Made by a program: the position numbers and the translations under genes
DNA from: Fibrobacter sp.
GTDB lineage: Bacteria; Fibrobacterota; Fibrobacteria; Fibrobacterales; Fibrobacteraceae
Reading direction: 5' to 3'
Assembly: GCA_024398935.1 (NCBI GenBank)
Contig: JAKSIH010000004.1
Coordinates: forward strand, 51,801 to 83,800
Length of the DNA stretch: 32,000 nucleotides
The notes under the pieces: model-generated
The model's database searches: none
Told to the model about the DNA's origin: nothing
What the model saw: only the letters and a program-made list of their open reading frames with translations
In this document: positions 7,717 to 15,785 of the stretch, in pieces
How positions within the stretch are numbered: position 1 is the stretch's first letter
Layout of the letters: each line of letters starts with the position of its first letter

Positions 7717-8880
7717 ATGAAGACCAGATTCCTTCTCCCGATTTTTGCAACAGCTCTTTCCATGGGCATGTTTGCCGCCTGCTCCGATGATAGCAGCTCT
7801 CCCAATGCTCCCGTCGTGGATCCCAGCAATCCGGTAGTGGACCCCATTACCCCTGATGTAGATCCTAACGCTCCCGTGGTTGATCCCAACGCACCTGTTG
7901 TAGATCCCAATGCTCCCGTGGTTGACCCCAATGTCCCTGTGGTCGACCCGAACATTCCTGCAACGGATCCGTCCACTCCGACAACGCCTGCAGATCCTTC
8001 AATCACCGTTGATCCCAACGCTCCGGTAGATGCAAACGGCAAGATCGTAAGCAAGATTTTTGATGACTCTGCCTTGCCGAAACTGCCCAACAACGATACC
8101 GTCCATGTGGAAAACAAGTCCGACTACGACTATTTCGGTGCAGAACTTTCTGGCAAGGATCAGTTTCAGTATGGTCGCTTCGAAGCCCGCATGAAGATGG
8201 CTTCCATTTCCGGTTCCGTCAGTTCCATGTTCCTGTATTACGATAATTCCTATATGCTGGAAGATGAACCCTGGAACGAAATCGATATCGAAGTGCTTGG
8301 CAAGAATCCTGGCCAGTGGCAGTCCAACATCATCACCCGTTACCCGAATGAAGAAGGCCAGAAGGCTCACAAGAATATCACTTCTGAATACATTCACCAG
8401 TTCGGCGGTAACGCTACGGAAGATTTCCACCTTTTCGGCATGATCTGGACTCCGGAATACATCGCCTGGGAAATTGACAGCGTTGAAATTCGTCGTGACT
8501 ATTACGGCCAGACCCGCACCGAAAAGAATGGCCCGGAACAGGATCAGGTGGCTTTCATGACTATGGAACAGTCCCTGCGCTTTAACCTGTGGTCTTCTGC
8601 AAGCACTGGCTGGGTGGGCAAGTTTACCGGTGGCGAACTGGCCGATGGTCCCGTGGAACAGCTCATTGACTATGTCCGCGTCTACGATTACGATCCTGCA
8701 ACCAAGGGCTTTGTGCTGAACTGGCAGGATGACTTTGATGGTGACGCCCTGGATAAGACTCACTGGAAGACCGGCAACTGGAAAATGGAAAATGTCATGC
8801 TGTCTCCCAACAACGTGGTTGTTGCCGATGGCTACTGCAAGCTCCAGCTGAGCCGTGAACTGAAGGCTGCTGCCAACTAA
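7717..8880 (+). CDS. GH16 beta-1,3-1,4-glucanase (lichenase) homologue, lipoprotein-type signal, N-terminal Pro-rich repeat linker
   Basis: The start was moved to MKTRFLLPIFATALSMGMFAAC. It has the GH16 catalytic block WNEIDIEVLG, YGRFEARMKMA and LRFNLWSS. The C-terminal WQDDFDGDALDKTHWKTGNW segment indicates the permuted strand order known from the F. succinogenes enzyme (recalled from memory). Confidence 0.88.
   Translation: MKTRFLLPIFATALSMGMFAACSDDSSSPNAPVVDPSNPVVDPITPDVDPNAPVVDPNAPVVDPNAPVVDPNVPVVDPNIPATDPSTPTTPADPSITVDPNAPVDANGKIVSKIFDDSALPKLPNNDTVHVENKSDYDYFGAELSGKDQFQYGRFEARMKMASISGSVSSMFLYYDNSYMLEDEPWNEIDIEVLGKNPGQWQSNIITRYPNEEGQKAHKNITSEYIHQFGGNATEDFHLFGMIWTPEYIAWEIDSVEIRRDYYGQTRTEKNGPEQDQVAFMTMEQSLRFNLWSSASTGWVGKFTGGELADGPVEQLIDYVRVYDYDPATKGFVLNWQDDFDGDALDKTHWKTGNWKMENVMLSPNNVVVADGYCKLQLSRELKAAAN
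7801..8030 (+). repeat. In-frame 21-nt (heptapeptide PNAPVVD-like) tandem repeats inside the GH16 gene
   Basis: Translation reads PNAPVVD PSNPVVD PITPDVD PNAPVVD PNAPVVD PNAPVVD PNVPVVD PNIPATD ... Confidence 0.9.
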
Positions 8881-8902
8881 TTGAGTCTCCTGACAGACAA
8901 CC

Positions 8903-8936
8903 AAAAAAAGCTCTGGAGTAATCCAGGGCTTTTTTG
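8903..8936 (+). terminator. Intrinsic terminator after the GH16 gene
   Basis: AGCTCTGGA-GTAA-TCCAGGGCT (9-bp stem including one G-U pair), flanked by an A-run and followed by TTTTT. Confidence 0.8.
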
Positions 8937-8956
8937 TATATTGTTTAGGGATTGAT

Positions 8957-10303
8957 ATGAAACGAGTTCTTTTCTTTATCTGTATGATGGCTGTGGCTTG
9001 CCTTGCTGCCGGCAAAAGAGTCCAGTCTAAGATGGGCGATATTTGGCTGTATAAGGATAAAACTGAAAAAGAAACTTCGTGCCAATTGGCCTTTGGGGAA
9101 CGGGCTTCTATTTTAAAGGATGCCGAACATCAAGTTCTCATTAGGTCTATAGATAGAGGTTGTCAGGGTTGGACGCGAAAAAATCAATTGGAATACGTTC
9201 CCCAGAAAAAGTCCTCTATTATTTTGGATGAAATCCCACTATGTTGCCTTGGCCCCTGTTCTTTTCCTAGTGAAGAAGAAGTGCGTGCGTCTCGTTTTCA
9301 ATTTGCGGAGCAGGTGGCGGATTTTTACAAGGATTCCACTTTCATTGCTGTAGTGGACTCTAGCGAGGTTTTTAAAAAGAAAGTTGAATCTTTTAGGGAT
9401 TCCCTCTATCGCTTTTATATGACTCATCCAGAAGACTCTGTGGAACATAGGAGTTTTGTGGAAAGTCTTATACCCTTCCCCCATCCAAGAAATATGGAGA
9501 TTGCCCGTATGGAATGGGATGATGTTTTGGAAGGAATTCTTGATGATGAAAATGCCAGGTATGGTTATGTGATTGGTATGGGAGATGTTTTGTTTGACTC
9601 CCTTTATCAAGCGAATTATGAACAAATTCATAATTCATTGGACAGTCTTTCCCCAGAAAACAGGCGCTTGATTCAACTGGTGTTGATTCGTTACGAAATG
9701 ATTTTGTTGAGAGACGAAAAGGAACGCCGTGAATTGACGGAAAGGGCGCGGCCACTTGCGGATTCTGTCGCTCGCGAAAATAAAAACGTGAATGCCTGGC
9801 GCTTGGCAGGAATCCCGGAGCGTTTGAATCGTGTGGCCTATGTGAAAAAGTATTCCTTCTATTTTGCACATGGATTTTTCAATACCCATTTGTTTAGCGA
9901 TAAGCGTTCCCTTGAAGGAGGGCTTTTAGGCTGGGAGTTTTACCTTGGTGGCACGACCCGCATAGGGGATTTCGCTCTTTATGATGGCTTGGCCGCTGGC
10001 TTTAAAAAAGATGGTTCTGGAACATTCATTCTTGATGCTGGACTCATGTATAGGCCCAATCTTCCCTTTGGCCATTTGTGGTCTATCCAACCGGAATTCG
10101 GTGGGGGAGGTATTTTTATTTCAGATGATATAGTGCCTTATTATTTTGGTGGTATCCGCTATGAACGGACGAAAAAATCTGGAGGAACTGAAGAAGGGCC
10201 TGCGGGGTATCTCAATGGTTGGAGCGTGGGTGTTTCCGCCAAGATGATTGGAACTGATTTGGTAGGCGTAAAACTGGATCTTCGCTGGACGATTCGCGGA
10301 TAA
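8957..10303 (+). CDS. Hypothetical secreted protein (448 aa)
   Basis: It has an N-terminal hydrophobic signal (MKRVLFFICMMAVACLAAG). The C-terminal ~140 aa are rich in Gly/aromatic alternating stretches (beta-barrel-like). It is visibly more AT-rich than its neighbours. I recognise no family. Confidence 0.65.
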   Translation: MKRVLFFICMMAVACLAAGKRVQSKMGDIWLYKDKTEKETSCQLAFGERASILKDAEHQVLIRSIDRGCQGWTRKNQLEYVPQKKSSIILDEIPLCCLGPCSFPSEEEVRASRFQFAEQVADFYKDSTFIAVVDSSEVFKKKVESFRDSLYRFYMTHPEDSVEHRSFVESLIPFPHPRNMEIARMEWDDVLEGILDDENARYGYVIGMGDVLFDSLYQANYEQIHNSLDSLSPENRRLIQLVLIRYEMILLRDEKERRELTERARPLADSVARENKNVNAWRLAGIPERLNRVAYVKKYSFYFAHGFFNTHLFSDKRSLEGGLLGWEFYLGGTTRIGDFALYDGLAAGFKKDGSGTFILDAGLMYRPNLPFGHLWSIQPEFGGGGIFISDDIVPYYFGGIRYERTKKSGGTEEGPAGYLNGWSVGVSAKMIGTDLVGVKLDLRWTIRG

Positions 10304-10357
10304 AACTTGTTGTTTTTTTTCTAAATTTATCCCCGAAAAATTTAAAAGGGATAAACC

Positions 10358-13000
10358 ATGGCTACTATGACTTCTGCGCAAGTGCGCGAATCCTTTATCA
10401 AGTTCTTTGAATCCAAGGAACACTTGTTCGTCCGCAGCTCCCCGGTGGTGCCCCACGACGACCCGACTTTGATGTTCACCAACGCTGGTATGAACCAGTT
10501 CAAGGCTATCTTCCTGGGTGACAATCCCAAGGGTTGGAAGCGCGCCTGCAACAGCCAGAAGTGCCTCCGCGTTTCCGGTAAGCATAACGACCTCGATGTT
10601 GTGGGTCGCGACAACTACCACCACACCTTCTTCGAAATGCTGGGCAACTGGTCCTTCGGCGACTACTACAAGAAGGAAGCTATCGCTTGGGCATGGGAAC
10701 TCTTGACCGAAGTCTGGAAGCTCCCCAAGGAACGTCTCTTTGCAACCGTCTATCAGGACGATGACGAAGCATGGCAGATCTGGAAGGACGTTTCCGGTCT
10801 TCCCGATGACCGCATCATGCGCTTCGACGCTCACAGTAACTTCTGGGAAATGGGCGACACCGGTCCTTGTGGCCCCTGCTCCGAAATTCATTACGACCGC
10901 GGCGACCTGGCTACCCAGGCTGAAACCTTCAAGGACCCGATCCTGGGCGTGAACGGTGAAAACGACCGCTACATCGAAATCTGGAACAATGTGTTCATGC
11001 AGTACGAACGCATTAGCGACGGCTCCCTCATTCCGCTGAAGGCAAAGAACGTCGATACCGGTATGGGTTTCGAACGTATCTGCGCCATCCTTCAGGGCAA
11101 GCGCAGCAACTACGACACCGACGTGTTCACCCCGATTATTTCCAAGGTGGCTGAACTTTCCGGTGTTCCTTACACCGATGACGAAAATGGTACTCCCCAC
11201 CGTGTGATCGCAGACCACATCCGCGCAGTTTCCTTCGCTATTGCCGACGGCGCTCTGCCGTCTAACGAAGGCCGCGGCTACGTGCTCCGCCGCATTCTCC
11301 GCCGTGCAAGCCGCTTTGCTCGCCTCCTCGGCCAGAAGGAAGCTTTCATTTACAAGCTGGTCCAGGTTCTTGCTGATACCATGGGCGAAGCATTCCCCGA
11401 AATCCGTCAGCGTCAGGCTTTCGTTACCGAAGTTATCAAGAGCGAAGAAGACCGCTTCATCAAGACTCTGGATGCAGGTCTCGAACGTTTCGAAGCCATC
11501 GTTGCTGAAATGGGTTCCGCAAAGGTTGTGCCGGGCGACAAGGTCTTCGTGCTTTACGATACCTACGGCTTCCCGCCGGATCTCACTGGCATTCTCGCCG
11601 AAGAAAAGGGCCTCACCATCGATGAAGCCGGCTTCGAAAAGTGCATGGAAGAACAGAAGGAACGTGCCCGCGCCAACATGAAGCAGGGCATCAACACCAT
11701 GGGTACCGAAGGCTGGACCCAGTATTCCGAAGCTTCTACCAACTTCGTTGGTTACGAACTGTCCGCTTGCGAAACCAAGGTTGTCCGCTACCGCGAAGAC
11801 AAGGGCGTTCTTTCCATCGTTCTTGAAACTTCCCCGTTCTATGCCGAAATGGGTGGCCAGGTTGGCGACAAGGGCATGCTGGTTTCCAAGGATCTTGAAA
11901 TCGCCGTGTTCGACACCGTGAAGGTGAACGACACCGCTCTCTGCCGCGGTAAGGTGGTGAAGGGTGAAGCTAACGAACAGACCATGGGTGGCGTGTTCAT
12001 GGCAACTGTGGATGACGAACGTCGCATGGACATCCGTCGCAACCACTCCGCTACTCACTTGGTTCAGGCTGCTCTCCGCGAAGTGCTGGGCACTCACGTA
12101 CAGCAGCAGGGTAGCTTGGTGACTCCGGATTCCCTCCGCTTTGACTTTACTCACTTCAATGGCATGACCGCTGAAGAAATTCAGAAGGTCGAAGACATCG
12201 TGAACGCAAAGATCATGGAATGCCTGCCGGTTCACACCGACGTCATGGGCGTGGACGAAGCCAAGGCTTCTGGCGCTATGGCTCTCTTCGGCGAAAAGTA
12301 CGGCGATACCGTACGCGTTGTGAAGATGGGTGCCGCTGGCGAAGAATTCTCCAAGGAACTTTGCGGTGGCTTGCATGTTTCCAATTCTGGTAACATCGGC
12401 ATGGTGAAGATCGTTTCTGAATCCAGCGTTTCCGCTGGTGTCCGCCGTATCGAAGCTGTCACTGGCCGCGGTGCTATGACTATGCTCCGTGCTGGCGCTC
12501 AGATTGTGAACGCTCTCCGTGACCGTCTCCGTTGTAAGGATGCCGAAGTCCTGGATCGTATCCAGCAGTCCTTCGAAAAGACCCAGTCTCTTGAAAAGGC
12601 TCTCCAGTCCGTGAAGCTGGAACTGGCTACCATGATTGCTGGCGACGTTCTGAACGGCGGTCTGGACGTTATGGGCGTCATGCTCTACGTTCGCGAATTC
12701 GACATGCCGGAAGACAAGTACAAGGAACTCCTGGACGGTATCCAGAACAAGCTGGACAAGGGCGCTGTAGCTGTCATTGCGAACAAGGTGAATGGCGCTG
12801 GTTCCATCGCCGTTATCGTGGGCAAGGATGTTCAGGCCAAGGGCATCAAGGCTGGTGACATGGTCCGTGATCTGGCTGCTGCATGTAACGGTAAGGGCGG
12901 TGGCCGTCCGGACCGCGCACAGGCCGGTACTCGCGAACCCGAAAAGATCGCTGCCGCTATCAAGGACGCCAACAACTGGATCCGCGCTAAGCTGGGCTAA
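10358..13000 (+). CDS. alaS: Alanine--tRNA ligase
   Basis: 880 aa with an N-terminus typical of AlaRS (VRESFIKFFESKEHLFVRSSPVVPHDDPTLMFTNAGMNQFK). The editing-domain HxxxH motif (HSATHL) and CGGLHV are present, along with a C-terminal DHHA1-like GGGRPD. Confidence 0.97.
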   Translation: MATMTSAQVRESFIKFFESKEHLFVRSSPVVPHDDPTLMFTNAGMNQFKAIFLGDNPKGWKRACNSQKCLRVSGKHNDLDVVGRDNYHHTFFEMLGNWSFGDYYKKEAIAWAWELLTEVWKLPKERLFATVYQDDDEAWQIWKDVSGLPDDRIMRFDAHSNFWEMGDTGPCGPCSEIHYDRGDLATQAETFKDPILGVNGENDRYIEIWNNVFMQYERISDGSLIPLKAKNVDTGMGFERICAILQGKRSNYDTDVFTPIISKVAELSGVPYTDDENGTPHRVIADHIRAVSFAIADGALPSNEGRGYVLRRILRRASRFARLLGQKEAFIYKLVQVLADTMGEAFPEIRQRQAFVTEVIKSEEDRFIKTLDAGLERFEAIVAEMGSAKVVPGDKVFVLYDTYGFPPDLTGILAEEKGLTIDEAGFEKCMEEQKERARANMKQGINTMGTEGWTQYSEASTNFVGYELSACETKVVRYREDKGVLSIVLETSPFYAEMGGQVGDKGMLVSKDLEIAVFDTVKVNDTALCRGKVVKGEANEQTMGGVFMATVDDERRMDIRRNHSATHLVQAALREVLGTHVQQQGSLVTPDSLRFDFTHFNGMTAEEIQKVEDIVNAKIMECLPVHTDVMGVDEAKASGAMALFGEKYGDTVRVVKMGAAGEEFSKELCGGLHVSNSGNIGMVKIVSESSVSAGVRRIEAVTGRGAMTMLRAGAQIVNALRDRLRCKDAEVLDRIQQSFEKTQSLEKALQSVKLELATMIAGDVLNGGLDVMGVMLYVREFDMPEDKYKELLDGIQNKLDKGAVAVIANKVNGAGSIAVIVGKDVQAKGIKAGDMVRDLAAACNGKGGGRPDRAQAGTREPEKIAAAIKDANNWIRAKLG

Positions 13001-13039
13001 GGTCCCCGAGCGTAGCTGAGGGGTGCACTCTTGAAAACA

Positions 13040-13072
13040 AGGTCTCTGCAGAAATGCGGAGACCTGTTTTTT
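13040..13072 (+). terminator. Intrinsic terminator after alaS
   Basis: AGGTCTCTGCA-GAAA-TGCGGAGACCT (one G-U pair) followed by GTTTTTT. Confidence 0.8.
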
Positions 13073-13169
13073 ATCCTGCCCCAAAACAGCTCGTTGGAAT
13101 GCCTTGCAATAGAAAACGAACCTAAAATGTTCTATATTGAACTCGTATTTTTAGCTTTTAAGGCGTATT

Positions 13170-13925
13170 ATGAAAATCGGAAAGACTGAAGCTCGTTTGA
13201 ATGCGGAAATCGAAAGGCGCGGTGCCCTGTTTGCCGTGCTCCTGGATCCGGATACATCCGACGAGGCCGCCTTTGTGAAGGCTGGAGTCATGGCTGCCGA
13301 AAACGGTGCGGACCTGCTCCTGGTGGGCGGTTCCTATCTTGGCAACTTCACTCTTCCCAAGCAGGTGGCGGCCCTCAAGGCTAACGTGGATCTTCCCGTG
13401 GTTCTTTTCCCGGGTGGTGCAAGTCAGGTTGTTCCCGGTTTCGATGCCATGCTGTTCATGACTCTGGTCAGCGGTCGCAATCCCAACTACCTCATCGATG
13501 AACAGGTCCGTGGGGGAGCCCTTGTCCGAGCCTTGAACATGGAAGCTATTCCTACGGCTTACCAGCTGATCAATAGCGGCAAGCGTACTACGGTGGAATA
13601 CATTAGCAACACCATGCCTGTCCCTGCCAACAAGCCTAAGCTCAGTATGGTGAACTCTATCGCCGCAGAGCTTATGGGTATGCGCTATGTCTATCTGGAA
13701 GCAGGCAGCGGAGCTGAAGAACCTGTTCCTGTGGAACACATCGCCTATACCCGCAAGGCCACCGAGATGACCATCATTACCGGTGGTGGCATCAAGGATC
13801 CTCAAACTGCGGCTGTCCGCGTTGCTGCAGGAGCGAACATTATCGTCACCGGCACCCTCTGGGAAAAGGTTCAGGACCCGAAACTTCTGTCGGAGTTCTC
13901 TGCGGCAATTCATGTTAAGGGCTAG
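13170..13925 (+). CDS. Geranylgeranylglyceryl/heptaprenylglyceryl phosphate synthase family protein (PcrB/GGGPS family)
   Basis: 251 aa. Family blocks are present: LLLVGGS, VVLFPGG, LVSGRNPNYLI, YVYLEAGSGA and ITGGGIKD. Confidence 0.83.
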   Translation: MKIGKTEARLNAEIERRGALFAVLLDPDTSDEAAFVKAGVMAAENGADLLLVGGSYLGNFTLPKQVAALKANVDLPVVLFPGGASQVVPGFDAMLFMTLVSGRNPNYLIDEQVRGGALVRALNMEAIPTAYQLINSGKRTTVEYISNTMPVPANKPKLSMVNSIAAELMGMRYVYLEAGSGAEEPVPVEHIAYTRKATEMTIITGGGIKDPQTAAVRVAAGANIIVTGTLWEKVQDPKLLSEFSAAIHVKG

Positions 13926-13968
13926 GGCTGGACGCATTACAAGAATTGCGGCATAAGCCTAGAAGACG

Positions 13969-14000
13969 AAAAAAGGTCCGGTGTGAGCGGGCCTTTTTTT
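13969..14000. terminator. Bidirectional terminator between the convergent GGGPS-family and LysR genes
   Basis: AAAAAAGGTCCG-GTGTGAG-CGGGCCTTTTTTT, with an A-run on one side and a T-run on the other. The T-run abuts the LysR stop codon. Confidence 0.75.
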
Positions 14001-14893
14001 TAGATGATTTTCTTTTTCCAACGCTTCTTGGCGTCGTAACCTAGCATGAAGTTGTAGAACTCGTCGGTATGGATGCTGTTCTGCTTGTTTCGACGATAAG
14101 AAACCACAATGTCGCGTTTGAACTCGGTGTCGGTGATTTCAAGAAGCTTGATTTTTTTGTGGTCCATCTTTCCCCAGGATACTTCGGGCCAGAAGCAGAC
14201 GCCGATGCCTCCGGCGACAGCTTCCTTGATTGCGGCTGAGCTATCGCTTTCAAATGTCGTTTCTGTCTTGAATCCGATTTTTTCGCACAGTTCGTTACAA
14301 ATTTTACGATACTGTTTTGAACCGTAAAGACGGATGAATTTTTCGTCACCAAGATCAAAAAGTGATATGGAATTCATCTTCTTGTATTTTGCGATATTGG
14401 GCACCGCAAGAAAAATTTTTTCGGAACGGACGAAAAGTTCGTCGCTCTTGAATCCGTCTAGCTCGGGCTTGTATGTGCTAAAGGTCCTTACGCAGAAGTC
14501 GGAAAGATCCGTTTCTTCGTTCTGGATCATATCGATATTGATGTTTGGGTGGGCCTGCTTGTATTCAATTACCACATTGGTAAAGAGTGCGGACGCGGCC
14601 AGAACATTCAACTTGATGTTATTGTTTTGCTGGTTTGCGACTTCCTGTAGCCTTTTGGGAAGAGCGATCATTTCGTTATAGATGGGCTGCAGTTGTTCGT
14701 AGAAGAACTTGCCGCTTTCGGTGAGCTTGATATTCCTGCCCGAAGTTTTGAATAGTGAAACCCCCAGCTCGTCTTCTAGCTTGTGTATGGCCTGAGTAAG
14801 AGCGGGCTGTACGATGCAAAGGTTTTTAGCGCTTTGCGTTACGTGCTCGTTCTTTGCGACTTCCAAAAAGTATTTGAGCTGCGTAAGTTCCAT
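14000..14893 (-). CDS. LysR-family transcriptional regulator
   Basis: The start was moved to MELTQLKYFLEVAKNEHVTQSAKNLCIVQPALTQAIHKLEDELGVSLF (canonical LysR wHTH at the N-terminus). It has a substrate-binding-like C-terminal domain and is AT-rich. Confidence 0.88.
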   Translation of the reverse strand: MELTQLKYFLEVAKNEHVTQSAKNLCIVQPALTQAIHKLEDELGVSLFKTSGRNIKLTESGKFFYEQLQPIYNEMIALPKRLQEVANQQNNNIKLNVLAASALFTNVVIEYKQAHPNINIDMIQNEETDLSDFCVRTFSTYKPELDGFKSDELFVRSEKIFLAVPNIAKYKKMNSISLFDLGDEKFIRLYGSKQYRKICNELCEKIGFKTETTFESDSSAAIKEAVAGGIGVCFWPEVSWGKMDHKKIKLLEITDTEFKRDIVVSYRRNKQNSIHTDEFYNFMLGYDAKKRWKKKII

Positions 14894-15129
14894 GTTTACA
14901 AATATAGGCAAATGTGATGGATTCACAAGTGTTTTCAATTATAGAATTATTTTATGAAATAATAATAAAAAATGATAAATGGTAAAATAAATAATCAAAA
15001 ATCGTTATCAATTCAATAGAAAGAAAATATTAGTCAAAAGTGATGAATCCATCTAGATTTGGCTCGTCTTAAAAAATAACGGTCAAAGACGCCGAAAAAC
15101 ATCCGATAGCTGAATAAGGATTACACAAA

Positions 15130-15651
15130 ATGAAAAAAATGATTCTCCTCGCCGTTGCAACCTTGGCATTCTTCTTCACCGCATGCGAAAAGGCTAATAC
15201 TTGCTCTTACGAAGAAGCCGCCAACACCTTGTCTTGTCAGGAAAAAACTTACAAGACCGTAAAGATGGGCGACAAGGTTTGGATGGCGGAAAACCTGGCT
15301 CGCTTCGATTCTGATTCCAGCTTCTGCTATGGAAGCAATCACGACAACTGCGAAAAATATGGCCGTCTCTATCCTTTTGAATCCGCAAAAACCATCTGCC
15401 CTGATGGCTGGACTTTGCCTACTCAGGCTGATTTCGAGGCGGCAGACATGAAGTCTCTCAATGTGTTGAAGGCTGGTTACCGCTACGCAAGTAACGGTAA
15501 GTTTGCCGACGAAGGTGTAAGCGCAAGCTTCTGGACTTCCGATTCTTTCGATGATGCTCGCGGTACCGTGGTCCGCGTCAACGACAGTGCCGTAACTTAC
15601 GAACACTTCAGCAAGAGCATCGCCTACTCGGTACGCTGCATCAAGAAATAA
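15130..15651 (+). CDS. Lipoprotein with the Fibrobacter succinogenes major paralogous domain (TIGR02145-like)
   Basis: 173 aa with a lipobox FFTAC. The domain pattern is YKTVKMGDKVWMAENL...CYGSNHDNCEKYGRLYPFESAKTICPDGWTLPTQADF...YSVRCIK. Confidence 0.85.
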   Translation: MKKMILLAVATLAFFFTACEKANTCSYEEAANTLSCQEKTYKTVKMGDKVWMAENLARFDSDSSFCYGSNHDNCEKYGRLYPFESAKTICPDGWTLPTQADFEAADMKSLNVLKAGYRYASNGKFADEGVSASFWTSDSFDDARGTVVRVNDSAVTYEHFSKSIAYSVRCIKK

Positions 15652-15714
15652 TGGATGATTGAGGATGTAGAATGGATAATTATTTAGCAAGGCGACGGAG
15701 TCGCGATTATTCAT

Positions 15715-15770
15715 AATCCTCAATCCTCAATCGTCAATTATCAATTATCAATTATCAATCATCAATCATC
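15715..15770. repeat. Eight tandem heptamers (AATCCTC x2, AATCGTC, AATTATC x3, AATCATC x2)
   Basis: Read directly from the sequence. The array ends 15 nt upstream of the transporter ATG. ATCCTCAATC in the array is complementary to GATTGAGGAT at 15657..15666. Confidence 0.9.
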
Positions 15771-15785
15771 AACCCTTAATTTCCT

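Noticed and set aside
7578-8117. A minus-strand ORF with striking GSTTGALGSTTGALGSTTG repeats.
   Set aside because: It is the antisense reading of the 21-nt PNAPVVD repeats of the GH16 gene, so the repeat is real but the frame is not.
7999-9015. A 338-aa minus-strand ORF.
   Set aside because: It is antisense to the GH16 gene and spans its terminator, and it has no motifs.
10121-13084. A 987-aa minus-strand ORF.
   Set aside because: It is entirely antisense to alaS, whose identity is unambiguous. The composition is low-complexity and rich in V/A/G/H, as expected of a shadow ORF in a GC-moderate gene.
13158-13937. A 259-aa minus-strand ORF.
   Set aside because: It is exactly antisense to the GGGPS-family gene, which has clear family motifs.
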